This document shows positions 1-9,722 of a stretch of DNA of 64,000 bases, in pieces. Made by a program: the position numbers and the translations under genes. The notes under the pieces are model-generated. The model had not been told where the DNA came from, made no database searches, and worked only from the letters and a program-made list of their open reading frames with translations. The DNA comes from an uncultured bacterium (GTDB lineage Bacteria; Krumholzibacteriota; Krumholzibacteriia; LZORAL124-64-63), in assembly GCA_963727525.1 (NCBI GenBank), contig CAVSGO010000003.1, positions 416,001-480,000 on the forward strand, given 5' to 3'. Position 1 is the stretch's first letter; each line of letters starts with the position of its first letter.

Positions 1-1
1 G

Positions 2-1387
2 CTCCTGGCGATCGCGGCAAAGGACTGGGACGCCGCCCGCGCGCAGCTCGAGCGGGGCAAGCGGCCCAAGGGCGAGCCGGCACTCGAGGCGCGCTACCAT
101 CACGCGCAGGCGCTCATCCTGCAGGGCACCGGGGATTCCGACGCCGCGCTCACCGAGGCCTTGCGCGCGTCCACTCTCGACCCCACCGATCCCGACTTCG
201 TCACCCTCGTGGCCCAGCTCTACGCCGCGCAGGGCACGGCATCGCTGGCGCTCAGCACTTACGAACAGGCCCTGGCCACGCCCGGCATGCAGCCCACGGC
301 GTCGCTGCTCGATGAGATGGGGCGACTGTACGAGAAGCAGCAGCTCTACAACGAGGCCAGCGCGCACTATCTGCAAGCCGTGCAGCTCGACTCCACCTAC
401 GCGCCGGCCCTGAAGGACCTGGCCGACCTCTACCAGCGCGCCGATCGCGACGAGCTCGCTGCCCGCACCGCCCTGCGCTACGTCGCCCTGGTGCCCGACA
501 ACGTGGCCATGTGGGAGCAACTCGCGAACATCATGGGCAACCTCGGCCGCTGGCACGAATCACTCGACGCCGCGCGCCACGCGCGCGAGCTGGCGCCCGA
601 CAGCGAGACCGCCCGCTTCGCGTTCGCGCGCGCCGGCCTGCACGGCGATGACGCCACGGCTAAGAACGAGGCCGCGCAGGTCATGGCCGCGCTGCCGGAT
701 TCCTTACCCTGGGAAGCCGACGACCTCGTGCAGCTCGCAGCCTGGCAGGCGCAGGAGAAGAACTGGTCGGCCGCCCGCGCCACGCTCGCGCGCGCGGCCG
801 CGATGGCGCCTGATCTGGCCGCCGTGCCATTCCAGCAAGGCCTCGTCGAGCTGAAGGCCGGCCGGGCCGACGCTGCCGTGCCATTCTTCCAGCGCGCCGT
901 GGTGCTGGGGCCGGATTCGCCTGCCAACCAGCTCAATCTCGGCATCGCCTACTACCAGGCCGGCAAGATCCGCGACGCCATCGCGCCTTTTCGCCGTGCG
1001 GTGGCGTTGCGCGACGACCTCACCATGGGCCGTCTGCTGCTGGCACAGGCGCTCGCGGTCTCCGACTCGCTCACTGCCGCGCAGCACGAGTATACCCTCG
1101 TGCTCGCGCAGGATCCGGAGAACACCAAGGCCCTGCGCGGCCTCGGCTTCTGCCAGCTCCGCGGCGCGAGGTATCAGGCGGCTGCCGACGCGTACAAGGA
1201 GGCCGCCGAGGCGGAGCCCGACAACGCCGACGCCTGGGCCGGCCTGGGCAGCGCCTATCTCGGACTCGGCCGGCTCGAAGACGCCGAACGCGCTTTCACG
1301 AAGGCGCGCGCCATCGATCCTCGCAATGTCATGCTCGTCAAGGGAACCGAACTTCTGAACCAGGCCCGTACTGCCGGGAAGGAGTAG
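2..1387 (+). CDS. Tetratricopeptide-repeat protein, 5' partial
   Basis: Frame is open from position 2. Many TPR-like helical pairs (e.g. AWAGLGSAYLGLGRLEDAERAFTKARAIDP). Directly upstream of exbB. Confidence 0.85.
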   Translation, partial: LLAIAAKDWDAARAQLERGKRPKGEPALEARYHHAQALILQGTGDSDAALTEALRASTLDPTDPDFVTLVAQLYAAQGTASLALSTYEQALATPGMQPTASLLDEMGRLYEKQQLYNEASAHYLQAVQLDSTYAPALKDLADLYQRADRDELAARTALRYVALVPDNVAMWEQLANIMGNLGRWHESLDAARHARELAPDSETARFAFARAGLHGDDATAKNEAAQVMAALPDSLPWEADDLVQLAAWQAQEKNWSAARATLARAAAMAPDLAAVPFQQGLVELKAGRADAAVPFFQRAVVLGPDSPANQLNLGIAYYQAGKIRDAIAPFRRAVALRDDLTMGRLLLAQALAVSDSLTAAQHEYTLVLAQDPENTKALRGLGFCQLRGARYQAAADAYKEAAEAEPDNADAWAGLGSAYLGLGRLEDAERAFTKARAIDPRNVMLVKGTELLNQARTAGKE

Positions 1388-1395
1388 CCGTCGCA

Positions 1396-2112
1396 ATGAA
1401 GAACTACGTGCTCATTCCGATCATCGTCGTCTCGCTGGTGGTCTCTTGGTACATCTGGCAACATACGCCGGAGTACATCCACCGCGGAGGTCCGCTGCTC
1501 ATTCTCGGTCTCACGTTCCTGTTCCTGGCGCTCACCTTCGCCGTCGAGCGTTTCATCGTGCTCTGGCGCGCCGGCGGTCGCGGCAACGTGCAGAGCTTCA
1601 TCAAGAACGTGAAGACGTCGGTGCACGGCGGCGATCTCGGCGCGGCCATCGAGGCGTGCAAGAAGCAGGGCGGCAGCCTGGCCAACGTCATCGGCGCCGG
1701 CCTCGAGCATCACCGTCAGCAGAAGGCTAAGGCGATGCCCGAGAAGGATCTTCTGGATGAGACCCGCCGCGCCCTGCAGGAGGCGAGCGCACTGGAGAGC
1801 CCGAACCTGGAACAGAACCTCACGGCGCTGTCGACCATCGCCTCCATCGCGACCTTGCTCGGTTTGCTGGGCACCACGATCGGCATGATCCGCTCGTTCC
1901 AGGCCATGTCGCACGCCGGGGCGCCCGATGCCACGCAGCTCGCGCTGGGCATCAGCGAGGCGCTGGTGAACACGGCGCTCGGTCTGACCACCGCGATCAT
2001 CGCCACCGTGCTCTACAACTACTTCACCACCAAGGTCGACGCCTTCAACAACCGGGTGGAGGAGACGTCGTACGAGGTCCTGAAGCTGCTCGACCACGAG
2101 CAGGGGGCGTAG
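1396..2112 (+). CDS. exbB: MotA/TolQ/ExbB proton channel protein
   Basis: LSTIASIATLLGLLGTTIGMIRSF and GISEALVNTALGL motifs. Confidence 0.9.
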   Translation: MKNYVLIPIIVVSLVVSWYIWQHTPEYIHRGGPLLILGLTFLFLALTFAVERFIVLWRAGGRGNVQSFIKNVKTSVHGGDLGAAIEACKKQGGSLANVIGAGLEHHRQQKAKAMPEKDLLDETRRALQEASALESPNLEQNLTALSTIASIATLLGLLGTTIGMIRSFQAMSHAGAPDATQLALGISEALVNTALGLTTAIIATVLYNYFTTKVDAFNNRVEETSYEVLKLLDHEQGA

Positions 2113-2115
2113 GCG

Positions 2116-2589
2116 GTGACGCGCCGCACGCGGGTCAGGGTCGACATGACGCCCATGGTGGACGTGGCGTTCCTGCTCCTCATCTTCTTCATGACCACGA
2201 CCCAGTTCAAACCACCGGAGCAGGTGGCGGTGCAGCTGCCGCTGTCCAGATCCGAGATCCACGTGCCCGAGACCGGCACCATCATCCTGACGGTGAACCA
2301 GACGGGGCAGATCTTCATCTCCAGCGCAAAGGGCAGCGACATCCAGGAGCTGGCGCCGGACAACGTGCTCGCGGCCATCGTCGATTGGCGCAGTTACAAC
2401 CCGGACGCCGTCGTCGTCGTGAAGGGCGACAAGGACGCGCCGTTCGGCGTGATGGCCGATCTCATGGACGATCTGGCCAAGGCGAAGACCCTGCGATTCA
2501 ACCTGATGACGGACCTGAAGAAACGCACGCAGCGCGGTCCGGCCGCGGCGCAACTGCCGGAGCCGTCCGCGGCCCCGCAGGCGCAGTAG
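2116..2589 (+). CDS. exbD: ExbD/TolR biopolymer transport protein (first copy)
   Basis: VDMTPMVDVAFLLLIFFM motif and KGDKDAPFG. Confidence 0.9.
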   Translation: MTRRTRVRVDMTPMVDVAFLLLIFFMTTTQFKPPEQVAVQLPLSRSEIHVPETGTIILTVNQTGQIFISSAKGSDIQELAPDNVLAAIVDWRSYNPDAVVVVKGDKDAPFGVMADLMDDLAKAKTLRFNLMTDLKKRTQRGPAAAQLPEPSAAPQAQ

Positions 2590-2601
2590 AGGAGGGCGAA
2601 C

Positions 2602-3096
2602 ATGTCTGACGTTGCCGCACCTGAACCCCAGGCCCAGCGCCCGGGTTTGCTGGGGCACAAGAAGAGCAAGCGAGTGGGCGTGCGTGTGGACATGACGCCC
2701 ATGGTCGATGTCGCCTTCCTGCTGCTGATCTTCTTCATGGTCACCACCGTGTTTCGCCAGCCGCTGGCAATGGAGATCAACCTGCCGGAGCCCGGCGCCA
2801 CGACCACCGTACCCGAGTCGAACGTCATGACGATCTACGTCGACCGGAACGAGTCGCTGTACGTGAAGCAGGGAAAGAATCCCATCGAGACCACGACGTG
2901 GGATCAGCTCGAGCATCTCTTTCTCGAGGCCACCGCCATGAATCCTCAGCTCATCATCCTGGTGAAGATCAGCCGCGGCGCCCGCTATGAACCGATGGTG
3001 GACATGATGGACACGCTCGAGGACGCCGACATGCAGCGCTTCAGTCTGGTGCCGATGAGCGACGCGGACGAGAAGCGGATCGAGGGGGTGCAATGA
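2602..3096 (+). CDS. exbD: ExbD/TolR biopolymer transport protein (second copy)
   Basis: VDMTPMVDVAFLLLIFFM motif. GGAGG RBS upstream. Confidence 0.9.
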   Translation: MSDVAAPEPQAQRPGLLGHKKSKRVGVRVDMTPMVDVAFLLLIFFMVTTVFRQPLAMEINLPEPGATTTVPESNVMTIYVDRNESLYVKQGKNPIETTTWDQLEHLFLEATAMNPQLIILVKISRGARYEPMVDMMDTLEDADMQRFSLVPMSDADEKRIEGVQ

Positions 3097-3872
3097 GCAA
3101 CGTTCCGCACATTCCGTGGGCATACCACCTGGAGAACGCTCCGCAGCTTCCGTTGACGGGCGATGCCCATCCCTTGCGCCGCGAGTTCGCGCGCTGGCTG
3201 CTCTGGGCATGCGGCATCACACTCGCCGTGCTGCTCGCGATCTTCCTGTTCTACCAGTGGTGGACGCATCGCACGCCCGCGACGGCGCCTGTCATGCGCA
3301 CCGTGAAGATCATGCGCTACACCGATCTCGGTGTGCCGCCGTCCATCGCCAAGCCCGCCGTGCCGCAGATCAACGTGGCGCAGGAGGTGGCGAAGATCGC
3401 TGCGCCGCCGCCCAGGATCGCGGTGCCCGAGCCGGTGCCCGACGAGCAGGCCCAGACGCCCACCATCGCCACCCAGACGGAGATGTCGGAGGCACTCGAG
3501 CCGATCACCGTGCAGGACATGAGCACCGGCGACGGTACGGGCGACTCGCTCGTGGTCGACCAGAACATCGACACCTCCCCAGCGCCCTTCGATTTCGTGG
3601 CCGTGGAGCAGGAGCCGGAGCGCGTGCACATCGATCCGACGGTGTACCCCGACGTGGCCAAGAAGGCCGGCATCGAGGGCACGGTGACGATTCGCGTGCT
3701 CGTGGGCAAAGACGGCAAGGTGAAGGACGCCCTCTACATCGACGGCCCCGAAGCCCTCAAGGACGCCGCCGAGAAGACCGCCCGCAGCGCCGTCTTCCGC
3801 CCGGCCATGCAGGAGCACAAACCGGTGGAGGTGTGGGTCATGGTACCGGTGGTATTCCGGCTCAGGAACTAG
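3093..3872 (+). CDS. tonB: Energy transducer TonB
   Basis: N-terminal TM helix, Pro-rich linker, and C-terminal YPDVAKKAGIEGTVTIRVLVGKDG...FRPA...VPVVFRL. Start overlaps the exbD stop (ATGA). Confidence 0.9.
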   Translation: MSNVPHIPWAYHLENAPQLPLTGDAHPLRREFARWLLWACGITLAVLLAIFLFYQWWTHRTPATAPVMRTVKIMRYTDLGVPPSIAKPAVPQINVAQEVAKIAAPPPRIAVPEPVPDEQAQTPTIATQTEMSEALEPITVQDMSTGDGTGDSLVVDQNIDTSPAPFDFVAVEQEPERVHIDPTVYPDVAKKAGIEGTVTIRVLVGKDGKVKDALYIDGPEALKDAAEKTARSAVFRPAMQEHKPVEVWVMVPVVFRLRN

Positions 3873-4180
3873 CACGTATCGCGCGCCCCGGAGGCGCCGA
3901 TCCGCCGCACGTACCGGTCACAGCATGGCTCCGTGAGGGTAATGTCGCGGTGCGAAACTGCGCCGTGGAGGTCCTTCGCCTTGTGCTGGAGCGAAACGAG
4001 CTCATGGTTTTTTCGGGAGGGATATCTTCTCGGCGGCAGTAAACCCGCGAGCGCTAATTCACGACGCCGATCTCGTGGCAGATTGAGTTTTGTGTAGGCA
4101 CAGCCGTTGTTTTCGCTTCCCCCGCTGGAGTATGATCGTCCCGACCGTGGACGTTCATTCGGGCCGAGGGAGGCTGAACC

Positions 4181-4701
4181 ATGCCACGTATCACCACGGG
4201 GATTCTCCTCGCCAGCGTGCTCGTGCTGGCTCTACCCAACACCACCCAGGCCATCTGCGAAGATGTGGAGAATGGGATCGGTGTGTATTTCGATACGCCG
4301 ACTTACGAGGTGAACTGCCTGGCCTCACCGCCGGTGTCGACTCAGTTCTCGATGTACTTCGTGCTGCGAAATTGCACGTTCAGCGAGATCCGCGCCTACG
4401 AGTTCGCCTGGCGCTTCTCGCCGGAGCCGCAGGGCGACTTGTTGAGCCTGGGATGCGTCCCCGCGTGCAGGATCGACTTCCCCGATTGCGACAATCTCAT
4501 CAGCGGTTGCCCGACACCCTTGCCCACCGCGGGACCTGCCCTGCTGATGCGGGTCGAACTCTCGGCGGTGGTTCCGATCGGTGATACGTATGTCCAGGTC
4601 GGGCCGACGACTCCGGCGTCGCCGTGATGGGAGTCCCAGATTGCGACAATGTCGCCGCACAGCCGAGTACCTGGAGTGCGATCAAGTCGCTCTATCGGTA
4701 A
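4181..4701 (+). pseudogene. Secreted Cys-rich protein, frameshifted near its 3' end, with a TWSAIKSLYR tail
   Basis: GGAGG RBS and signal peptide. The ORF stops at 4627, but another frame at 4621-4701 reads AVMGVPDCDNVAAQPSTWSAIKSLYR*. Confidence 0.6.
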
Positions 4702-4710
4702 CGCGGGGCG

Positions 4711-4825
4711 TCACGGGAAGATCTCGGCGAAGAAGTCCTACATGAGTTGGCGGGAGCGGTGGTCGGCCTCGGCGTTGTAGGCGGCGCCCTTGCTGGGGTC
4801 GTTGCCGGCGTGGCGCTGGACGCGC
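4711..4825 (-). pseudogene. Dienelactone hydrolase family C-terminal relic
   Basis: Minus-strand translation AGNDPSKGAAYNAEADHRSRQLM*DFFAEIFP* with an internal TAG. Confidence 0.55.
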
Positions 4826-4826
4826 C

Positions 4827-4915
4827 GTGAAGACGGTGAAGATCCCCTGGCGCAGCATCGGCCGCACGCTCACGCTCGGGCGCGACGACGGCCTGACCAT
4901 CCATCCGCACCCGGC
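4827..4915 (+). pseudogene. Dihydrolipoamide dehydrogenase-like C-terminal relic
   Basis: KIPWRSIGRTLTLGRDDGLTIHPHP joins two normally separate LpdA motifs (PWxxxGRxxxxxxxDGLT and LTIHPHP). Confidence 0.45.
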
Positions 4916-5062
4916 GATATCTTCGTCTCAGAACGACAACGGATTTCAGTATAAACACGCAACAAAACGACTCACATTAATAATTCGGCCGCAAAGTGGT
5001 ATGCCTTGCAGGTTGAGATGCCGTCCGCACACCATCCTCTCACCCGACCTGGGAGGTCCCCC

Positions 5063-7720
5063 ATGCCTAGCCCGAGCCGTCATTTGCGCCTGCGCACCGG
5101 CGTCCTCGTCTGCGCGTGGCTGGTTGCGTCCACGGCGCTCGCCCGCCCGCCGATCCGGCGCGCGTTCTTCAATGTCTACCCGTCGGCGACCGGCAGCGGT
5201 CTCGACGACCTGCCGAGTAACGGCGGCCACTGCGGCGTGTGCCACTTCGACTTCGGCGGCGGCGGACCGCGCAATCCCTACGGCCTCGCGGTGGAGATCG
5301 CGATCGGTCAGCTCGGCGACTACGAGGCCGCCGTGGCGTCCGTCGCCGGCAGCGATGCCGACAACGACGGCTTCACGAGCGACGTCGAGATCACCGACAC
5401 CGCGCACTTCGCCAACACACCCAAGTATCCCGGTCTGCGCGACGACCAGATCGGACAGGTCGTCAACGTGGACCCCGCCGACCTCGTCGGTTATCTCGTG
5501 CCGGCCGGCGGCAGCGACACCGAGCCGCCGATCGTGACCGTCAGCGCACCGGCCGGCGGCGAGGTCGTCGACCCCGGCCAGCAGGTCGTCCTGAGCTGGA
5601 CGGCGACCGATCCCTCGGGCATCACCGCTATCACGATCAAGCACAGCGACGACGGTGGCCTCACTTTCCGCACCAAGGCGCGTAACCTGCCGGACACCAG
5701 CACCTGGACCTGGTTCGTGCCCAACCGTCCCGGCGCCAGCAACCTCATCCGCATCGAGGCGCGCGACGGCGCCAGCAACGTCGGCCACGACGATAGCGCC
5801 GTGTTCACCATCACGGCCGTCACGGGTGGTACCGTGCCCACGTCGTTGCGCGACTTCGATCTGCCGGGCACACAGCCGCTCGAGGCAGGCATTCTCGACG
5901 ATCCGTCGACCACGTGCGTCACCTGCCACGGGAACTATGCCGCCGACGTCGAACCGTACGCCAACTGGCAAGGCAGCTTGATGGCGCAGGCCCAGCGCGA
6001 TCCGTTGTTTCTGGCCACCGTCGTCATCGCCGAGCAAGATGCGCCGGGCGTCGGCGATCTGTGCCTGCGCTGCCATACGCCGGGCGGCTGGCAAGAGGCC
6101 CATTCCGATGACACGCACGGCGGCATGATCACCGCGAAGGATCGGCAAAGCGTGCAGTGTGATTTCTGCCATCGCCAAGTCGATCCCCAGTACACGGTCG
6201 GCGTCAGTCCGCTGCGCGACGAGGGTATCCTGGCGGCGCTCGCCGCGATCCCGCACACCACGGCCAACGGCCAGTTCGTCACCGATCCCGATCCGATCCG
6301 ACGCGGACCGTACGCCGACGCCCAGGCGGCGCACGAATTCCTCGCCTCGCCATTCCATCGCGAGGGCGAGATCTGCGCCACTTGCCACGACGTGTCGAAT
6401 CCCGAGTTCTTGCTCGGAGCGCAGCCAGGCGTGTACGAACCGAGCGAGTTCGACGCGCCCCATCCCGATGGCGATCTGCGCCATATGTTCCCGATCGAGC
6501 GCACGTCGAGCGAGTGGAGCCAGAGCGCCTACGCGAACGGCGGCGTGTACGCACCGCAGTTCGCGGGCAACAAACCCGACGGCATCGTCGCCATTTGCCA
6601 GGATTGCCACATGCGCGACGTCACCGGACGCGGTGCCGCCGGTGGACCCAACCGCAGCGACCTCGCGCTGCACGACTTCACCGGCGGCAACGCCTTCATC
6701 GGCGACCTGCTGCCGGCCATCTGGGGTAGCGAGGTCGACGCCACCGCGCTGCAGAACGCCAAGGCGCGGGCCATCGCCATGCTCCATCTCGCGGCCACAC
6801 TGACAGCAAGCAGCACCATCGTGGACGGTGCTCCCCGGCTCGACGTGACGGTGACCAACGAGACCGGTCACAAGTTCCCGTCCGGTTATCCCGAGGGTCG
6901 CCGCATCTGGTTGAACGTGCGAGCGTACGATGCGCAGGATCAGCTCGTCTACGAGTCGGGCGCCTACGAGGCCGCGACGGGCGTGCTCACCCACGACGCC
7001 GACGCGAAGATCTACCACATCGAGCCCGGCATCTCCGCGCGTCTCGGCGCCCTCCTTGGCGTCACCCCCGGACCGTCGTTCCACTTTGCGCTGAACGACA
7101 CCGTGTACCTCGACAACCGCATCCCGCCGCGTGGCTTCACCAACGCCGGCTTCGCCGCCGTCCAGAGTCCATCTGTGGGTAACGCCTACGCCGACGGTCA
7201 GTACGACGACACGACGGCGTACACCCTGCCCTTCGCCGCGCGCCGCGCCGACGTCACGCTCTACTACCAGACGACCTCGAAGGAATACATCGAGTTCCTG
7301 CGTGACACGAACGTCACCGACGACAAGGGACAAGTTCTGTACGACGCCTGGATCGCCCACGGCCGCGCCGCGCCGGTGGCCATGGCGGCGGCCTCAGTCG
7401 TCATCGACATCAGCACCGCGGCGGCGGACCAGGTGCCTCCCGCGGCAACCGTGCTGCTGCCGGCGGCGCCCAACCCGTTCAACCCGTCGACACGCCTGGT
7501 CTATCGCCTGGCCCGCACCAGCGACGTCAGCCTGCGCATTTACGACGCGCGCGGGCGCCTCGTGCGCACCTTGGCCACCGGTCCGCGAGACGCCGGTGAG
7601 TACACCGTCACCTGGGATGGTTCCAACGAGCGGGGCCAGACCCAGCCGTCGGGTGTGTACTTCGGCCTGTTGACGACCCCCGGCACGCGTCTACAACAGC
7701 AGTTCGCGCTCGTGCGCTAG
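5063..7720 (+). CDS. Secreted multiheme (6 CxxCH) cytochrome c with Ig-like domain and C-terminal FlgD/T9SS-like sorting domain
   Basis: GGAGG RBS and signal peptide (ALA). Heme motifs CGVCH, CVTCH, CLRCH, CDFCH, CATCH, CQDCH. GHKFPSGYPEGRR motif. C-terminal PNPFNP...WDGSNERG...SGVY. Confidence 0.85.
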   Translation: MPSPSRHLRLRTGVLVCAWLVASTALARPPIRRAFFNVYPSATGSGLDDLPSNGGHCGVCHFDFGGGGPRNPYGLAVEIAIGQLGDYEAAVASVAGSDADNDGFTSDVEITDTAHFANTPKYPGLRDDQIGQVVNVDPADLVGYLVPAGGSDTEPPIVTVSAPAGGEVVDPGQQVVLSWTATDPSGITAITIKHSDDGGLTFRTKARNLPDTSTWTWFVPNRPGASNLIRIEARDGASNVGHDDSAVFTITAVTGGTVPTSLRDFDLPGTQPLEAGILDDPSTTCVTCHGNYAADVEPYANWQGSLMAQAQRDPLFLATVVIAEQDAPGVGDLCLRCHTPGGWQEAHSDDTHGGMITAKDRQSVQCDFCHRQVDPQYTVGVSPLRDEGILAALAAIPHTTANGQFVTDPDPIRRGPYADAQAAHEFLASPFHREGEICATCHDVSNPEFLLGAQPGVYEPSEFDAPHPDGDLRHMFPIERTSSEWSQSAYANGGVYAPQFAGNKPDGIVAICQDCHMRDVTGRGAAGGPNRSDLALHDFTGGNAFIGDLLPAIWGSEVDATALQNAKARAIAMLHLAATLTASSTIVDGAPRLDVTVTNETGHKFPSGYPEGRRIWLNVRAYDAQDQLVYESGAYEAATGVLTHDADAKIYHIEPGISARLGALLGVTPGPSFHFALNDTVYLDNRIPPRGFTNAGFAAVQSPSVGNAYADGQYDDTTAYTLPFAARRADVTLYYQTTSKEYIEFLRDTNVTDDKGQVLYDAWIAHGRAAPVAMAAASVVIDISTAAADQVPPAATVLLPAAPNPFNPSTRLVYRLARTSDVSLRIYDARGRLVRTLATGPRDAGEYTVTWDGSNERGQTQPSGVYFGLLTTPGTRLQQQFALVR

Positions 7721-7743
7721 CCGGCCGATCGCTGCCTGTGATG

Positions 7744-7770
7744 GCCACGGCCGGGGCGACCGGTCGTGGC
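7744..7770 (+). terminator. GC-rich hairpin after the cytochrome gene
   Basis: gccacggccgg-ggcga-ccggtcgtggc inverted repeat. No strong U tract. Confidence 0.35.
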
Positions 7771-7772
7771 CG

Positions 7773-7975
7773 TCAGACGCGCTCCCGCCGCTCCTCGACA
7801 CAGCCGTACAGCACCGGCATCACGACCAACGCCAGGATCGTGCACGTGATGAGGCGGCCCATCACGACCACGGTCAGAGGCTTCTAGATGTCGGCGCCGG
7901 ATCCCGTGGCGAAGAGCATCGGCAGATGGCCGATGAAGCTCGTGAGCGCCGTCATCAAGAGCGGGCGCACGAAGG
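7773..7975 (-). pseudogene. CusA/CzcA heavy-metal RND efflux C-terminal relic
   Basis: VRPLLMTALTSFIGHLPMLFATGSGADI*KPLTVVVMGRLITCTILALVVMPVLY with an internal TAG. The rest of the gene is absent. Confidence 0.7.
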
Positions 7976-8597
7976 CGCCGATGGTGCTGATCTCGTCGGG
8001 GGTGAAGGCGTCCCAGGCAGCGCCGCCGCGGCGGGCCACGAAGAGATCCCAGTACTTCTCGAAGTGGTCTTCAGGGCGTCAGGCGGCAGGAAGGCGCGGG
8101 CGTCGCAGGAGTCGAGGGCGATGGTCATCGTCGGAGCGGCGAGTTGGAGCTGCTGACCGATGTGGATGAAGTTCGAGGGGGATTCTGGACTGGCGGTCGA
8201 GCCGGTACTGGTGACGGCAGCCCCCGGGATGGTCGTACTCTCGCAGCCGAGCCAAACGGGGATGGTCGTGATGCAGACGCCCCAGCTGAATCCGGCTCAT
8301 CCCAACTTCTGTAACCCAAGGATAGGACCAGTATCAGGGAGTTCGGTCTGCGGTACTGCGACAGCAACGGTTCGATGATCTGGCCTCACGTCGGCCTTCT
8401 CGGCGGACGCTCGCGGCCGTCGAAAAGCCACGACACCACGGAACCGCAGCGCGCGGCGCCCGTCATCCACGTCTCGGCGTCGAGCGGCGTCGACTCTACG
8501 GCCAGACCGTATCGGTGGCGACGGGGACCTTCGATACGGACCACGGCGAGGAGTTCCCGCGCGTCGTGCCGCCGTACGAGAGCCCGTCCCCCGCAGG

Positions 8598-9722
8598 TCA
8601 ATCTGCACGTTTCTCCCGGTGCAGGCAGGTTAGGATTTCCAGGTAGAGTCGTGCGGCGCGTGCGACCTGTTCGAACGAAACGGATTCGTCACGCGTGTGC
8701 GCCTTGGACAGCTGACCCGGCCCCAGGATGATCGGCTTGCAGTGGATATCCCATAGCATGTTGGCATCCGAATGGCTGCGGAACGACCCCGGCGACCAGG
8801 TCATGTCGAGATGTCGATAAGCCGCCATGATCGACCGGGGTAATGTGCCCTCCTGAGGGAGTTCGAAGCCGCGCGCCATGGTTGGGAATCCTAGCTCGTA
8901 GTGCGTCACGGCACTGCCCTTCAGGCTCTCCTGGATCAATGCTTCCAGGCCTTCGGACAGGCGATCCAGCGGGGCGCTCGGGGGTAGATGCAGATCGACC
9001 CAGACGGCGCAGCGATCCGGCACGGCGAAGCCGGATTCGGAACTGTGCAGATCCCGGATGTTGAGGATGGCCTCGGGAAACTCCTTTTCGATCCACTCGG
9101 CCACGCGGAGCAGCATGCGCAACGTGCTGAAGATGGCATTGTAGTCCTGTCCCGCCTGAGCGGCGTGGCGCCGCGTGCCGAATGCGCGCACCAGCATCTC
9201 GACGTAGCTGTAATGATCGAAGCAGGGCACCAGATCGGTAGGCTCTGCAATCACGACCCAGGGGTATTGCCAATCGTCCAGCAGGGCTGCCGTGCCATCC
9301 CCGGATTCCTCTTCTCCGACCACCAGAAAGAGACCGGCCCGCTGCGGCTGGTTTCCGGATTCCAAATAGGACAGAAAGCCCTCGATCAGGGCCGCACAGC
9401 CGCCCTTCATGTCTGCTGTGCCCAGGCCGTAGACCAGACCTTCCCGTTCGTCGTAGTCATACCGTTCGATGTCGAAGGCGGCGACGGTGTCCACGTGCCC
9501 CAGGAAGGCCACGTCAGGGCTGGCGCCGGGCCAGACGACCTCGATATTGTGTCGCCCCTCGGTCACCTCTCGCAGGATGACGGGCAAACCCGCCTCGCGC
9601 AGCCATTCCACGAGGAAGGTGACGATCTCGCCTTCCTTTCCCGAAGGGCTGTAGATGTCCACCATCTGCCTGAACAGATTCTTCAACCGGTCGGGCTGGA
9701 TCTCCAGGGATCGGTGGCTCAT
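8598..9722 (-). CDS. M20/ArgE-DapE family metallo-deacetylase/peptidase
   Basis: GHVDTV, GLGTADMKGG, VGEEE, AEPT and AHTRDE metal-binding motifs. Confidence 0.85.
   Translation of the reverse strand: MSHRSLEIQPDRLKNLFRQMVDIYSPSGKEGEIVTFLVEWLREAGLPVILREVTEGRHNIEVVWPGASPDVAFLGHVDTVAAFDIERYDYDEREGLVYGLGTADMKGGCAALIEGFLSYLESGNQPQRAGLFLVVGEEESGDGTAALLDDWQYPWVVIAEPTDLVPCFDHYSYVEMLVRAFGTRRHAAQAGQDYNAIFSTLRMLLRVAEWIEKEFPEAILNIRDLHSSESGFAVPDRCAVWVDLHLPPSAPLDRLSEGLEALIQESLKGSAVTHYELGFPTMARGFELPQEGTLPRSIMAAYRHLDMTWSPGSFRSHSDANMLWDIHCKPIILGPGQLSKAHTRDESVSFEQVARAARLYLEILTCLHREKRAD

Noticed and set aside
4096-4112. Sigma-54-like AGGCAC-N5-TTGT upstream of 4181
   Set aside because: It lacks the conserved -12 GC, so it is likely a chance match.
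4711-7975. In-frame TAG at likely Gln positions in two relics, suggesting stop-codon recoding
   Set aside because: TAG terminates many intact genes here. CAG>TAG transitions in dead fragments explain it.
8120-8280. Minus-strand SNFIHIGQQLQL resembling the end of a LysM domain
   Set aside because: Too short, with no supporting ORF or start.
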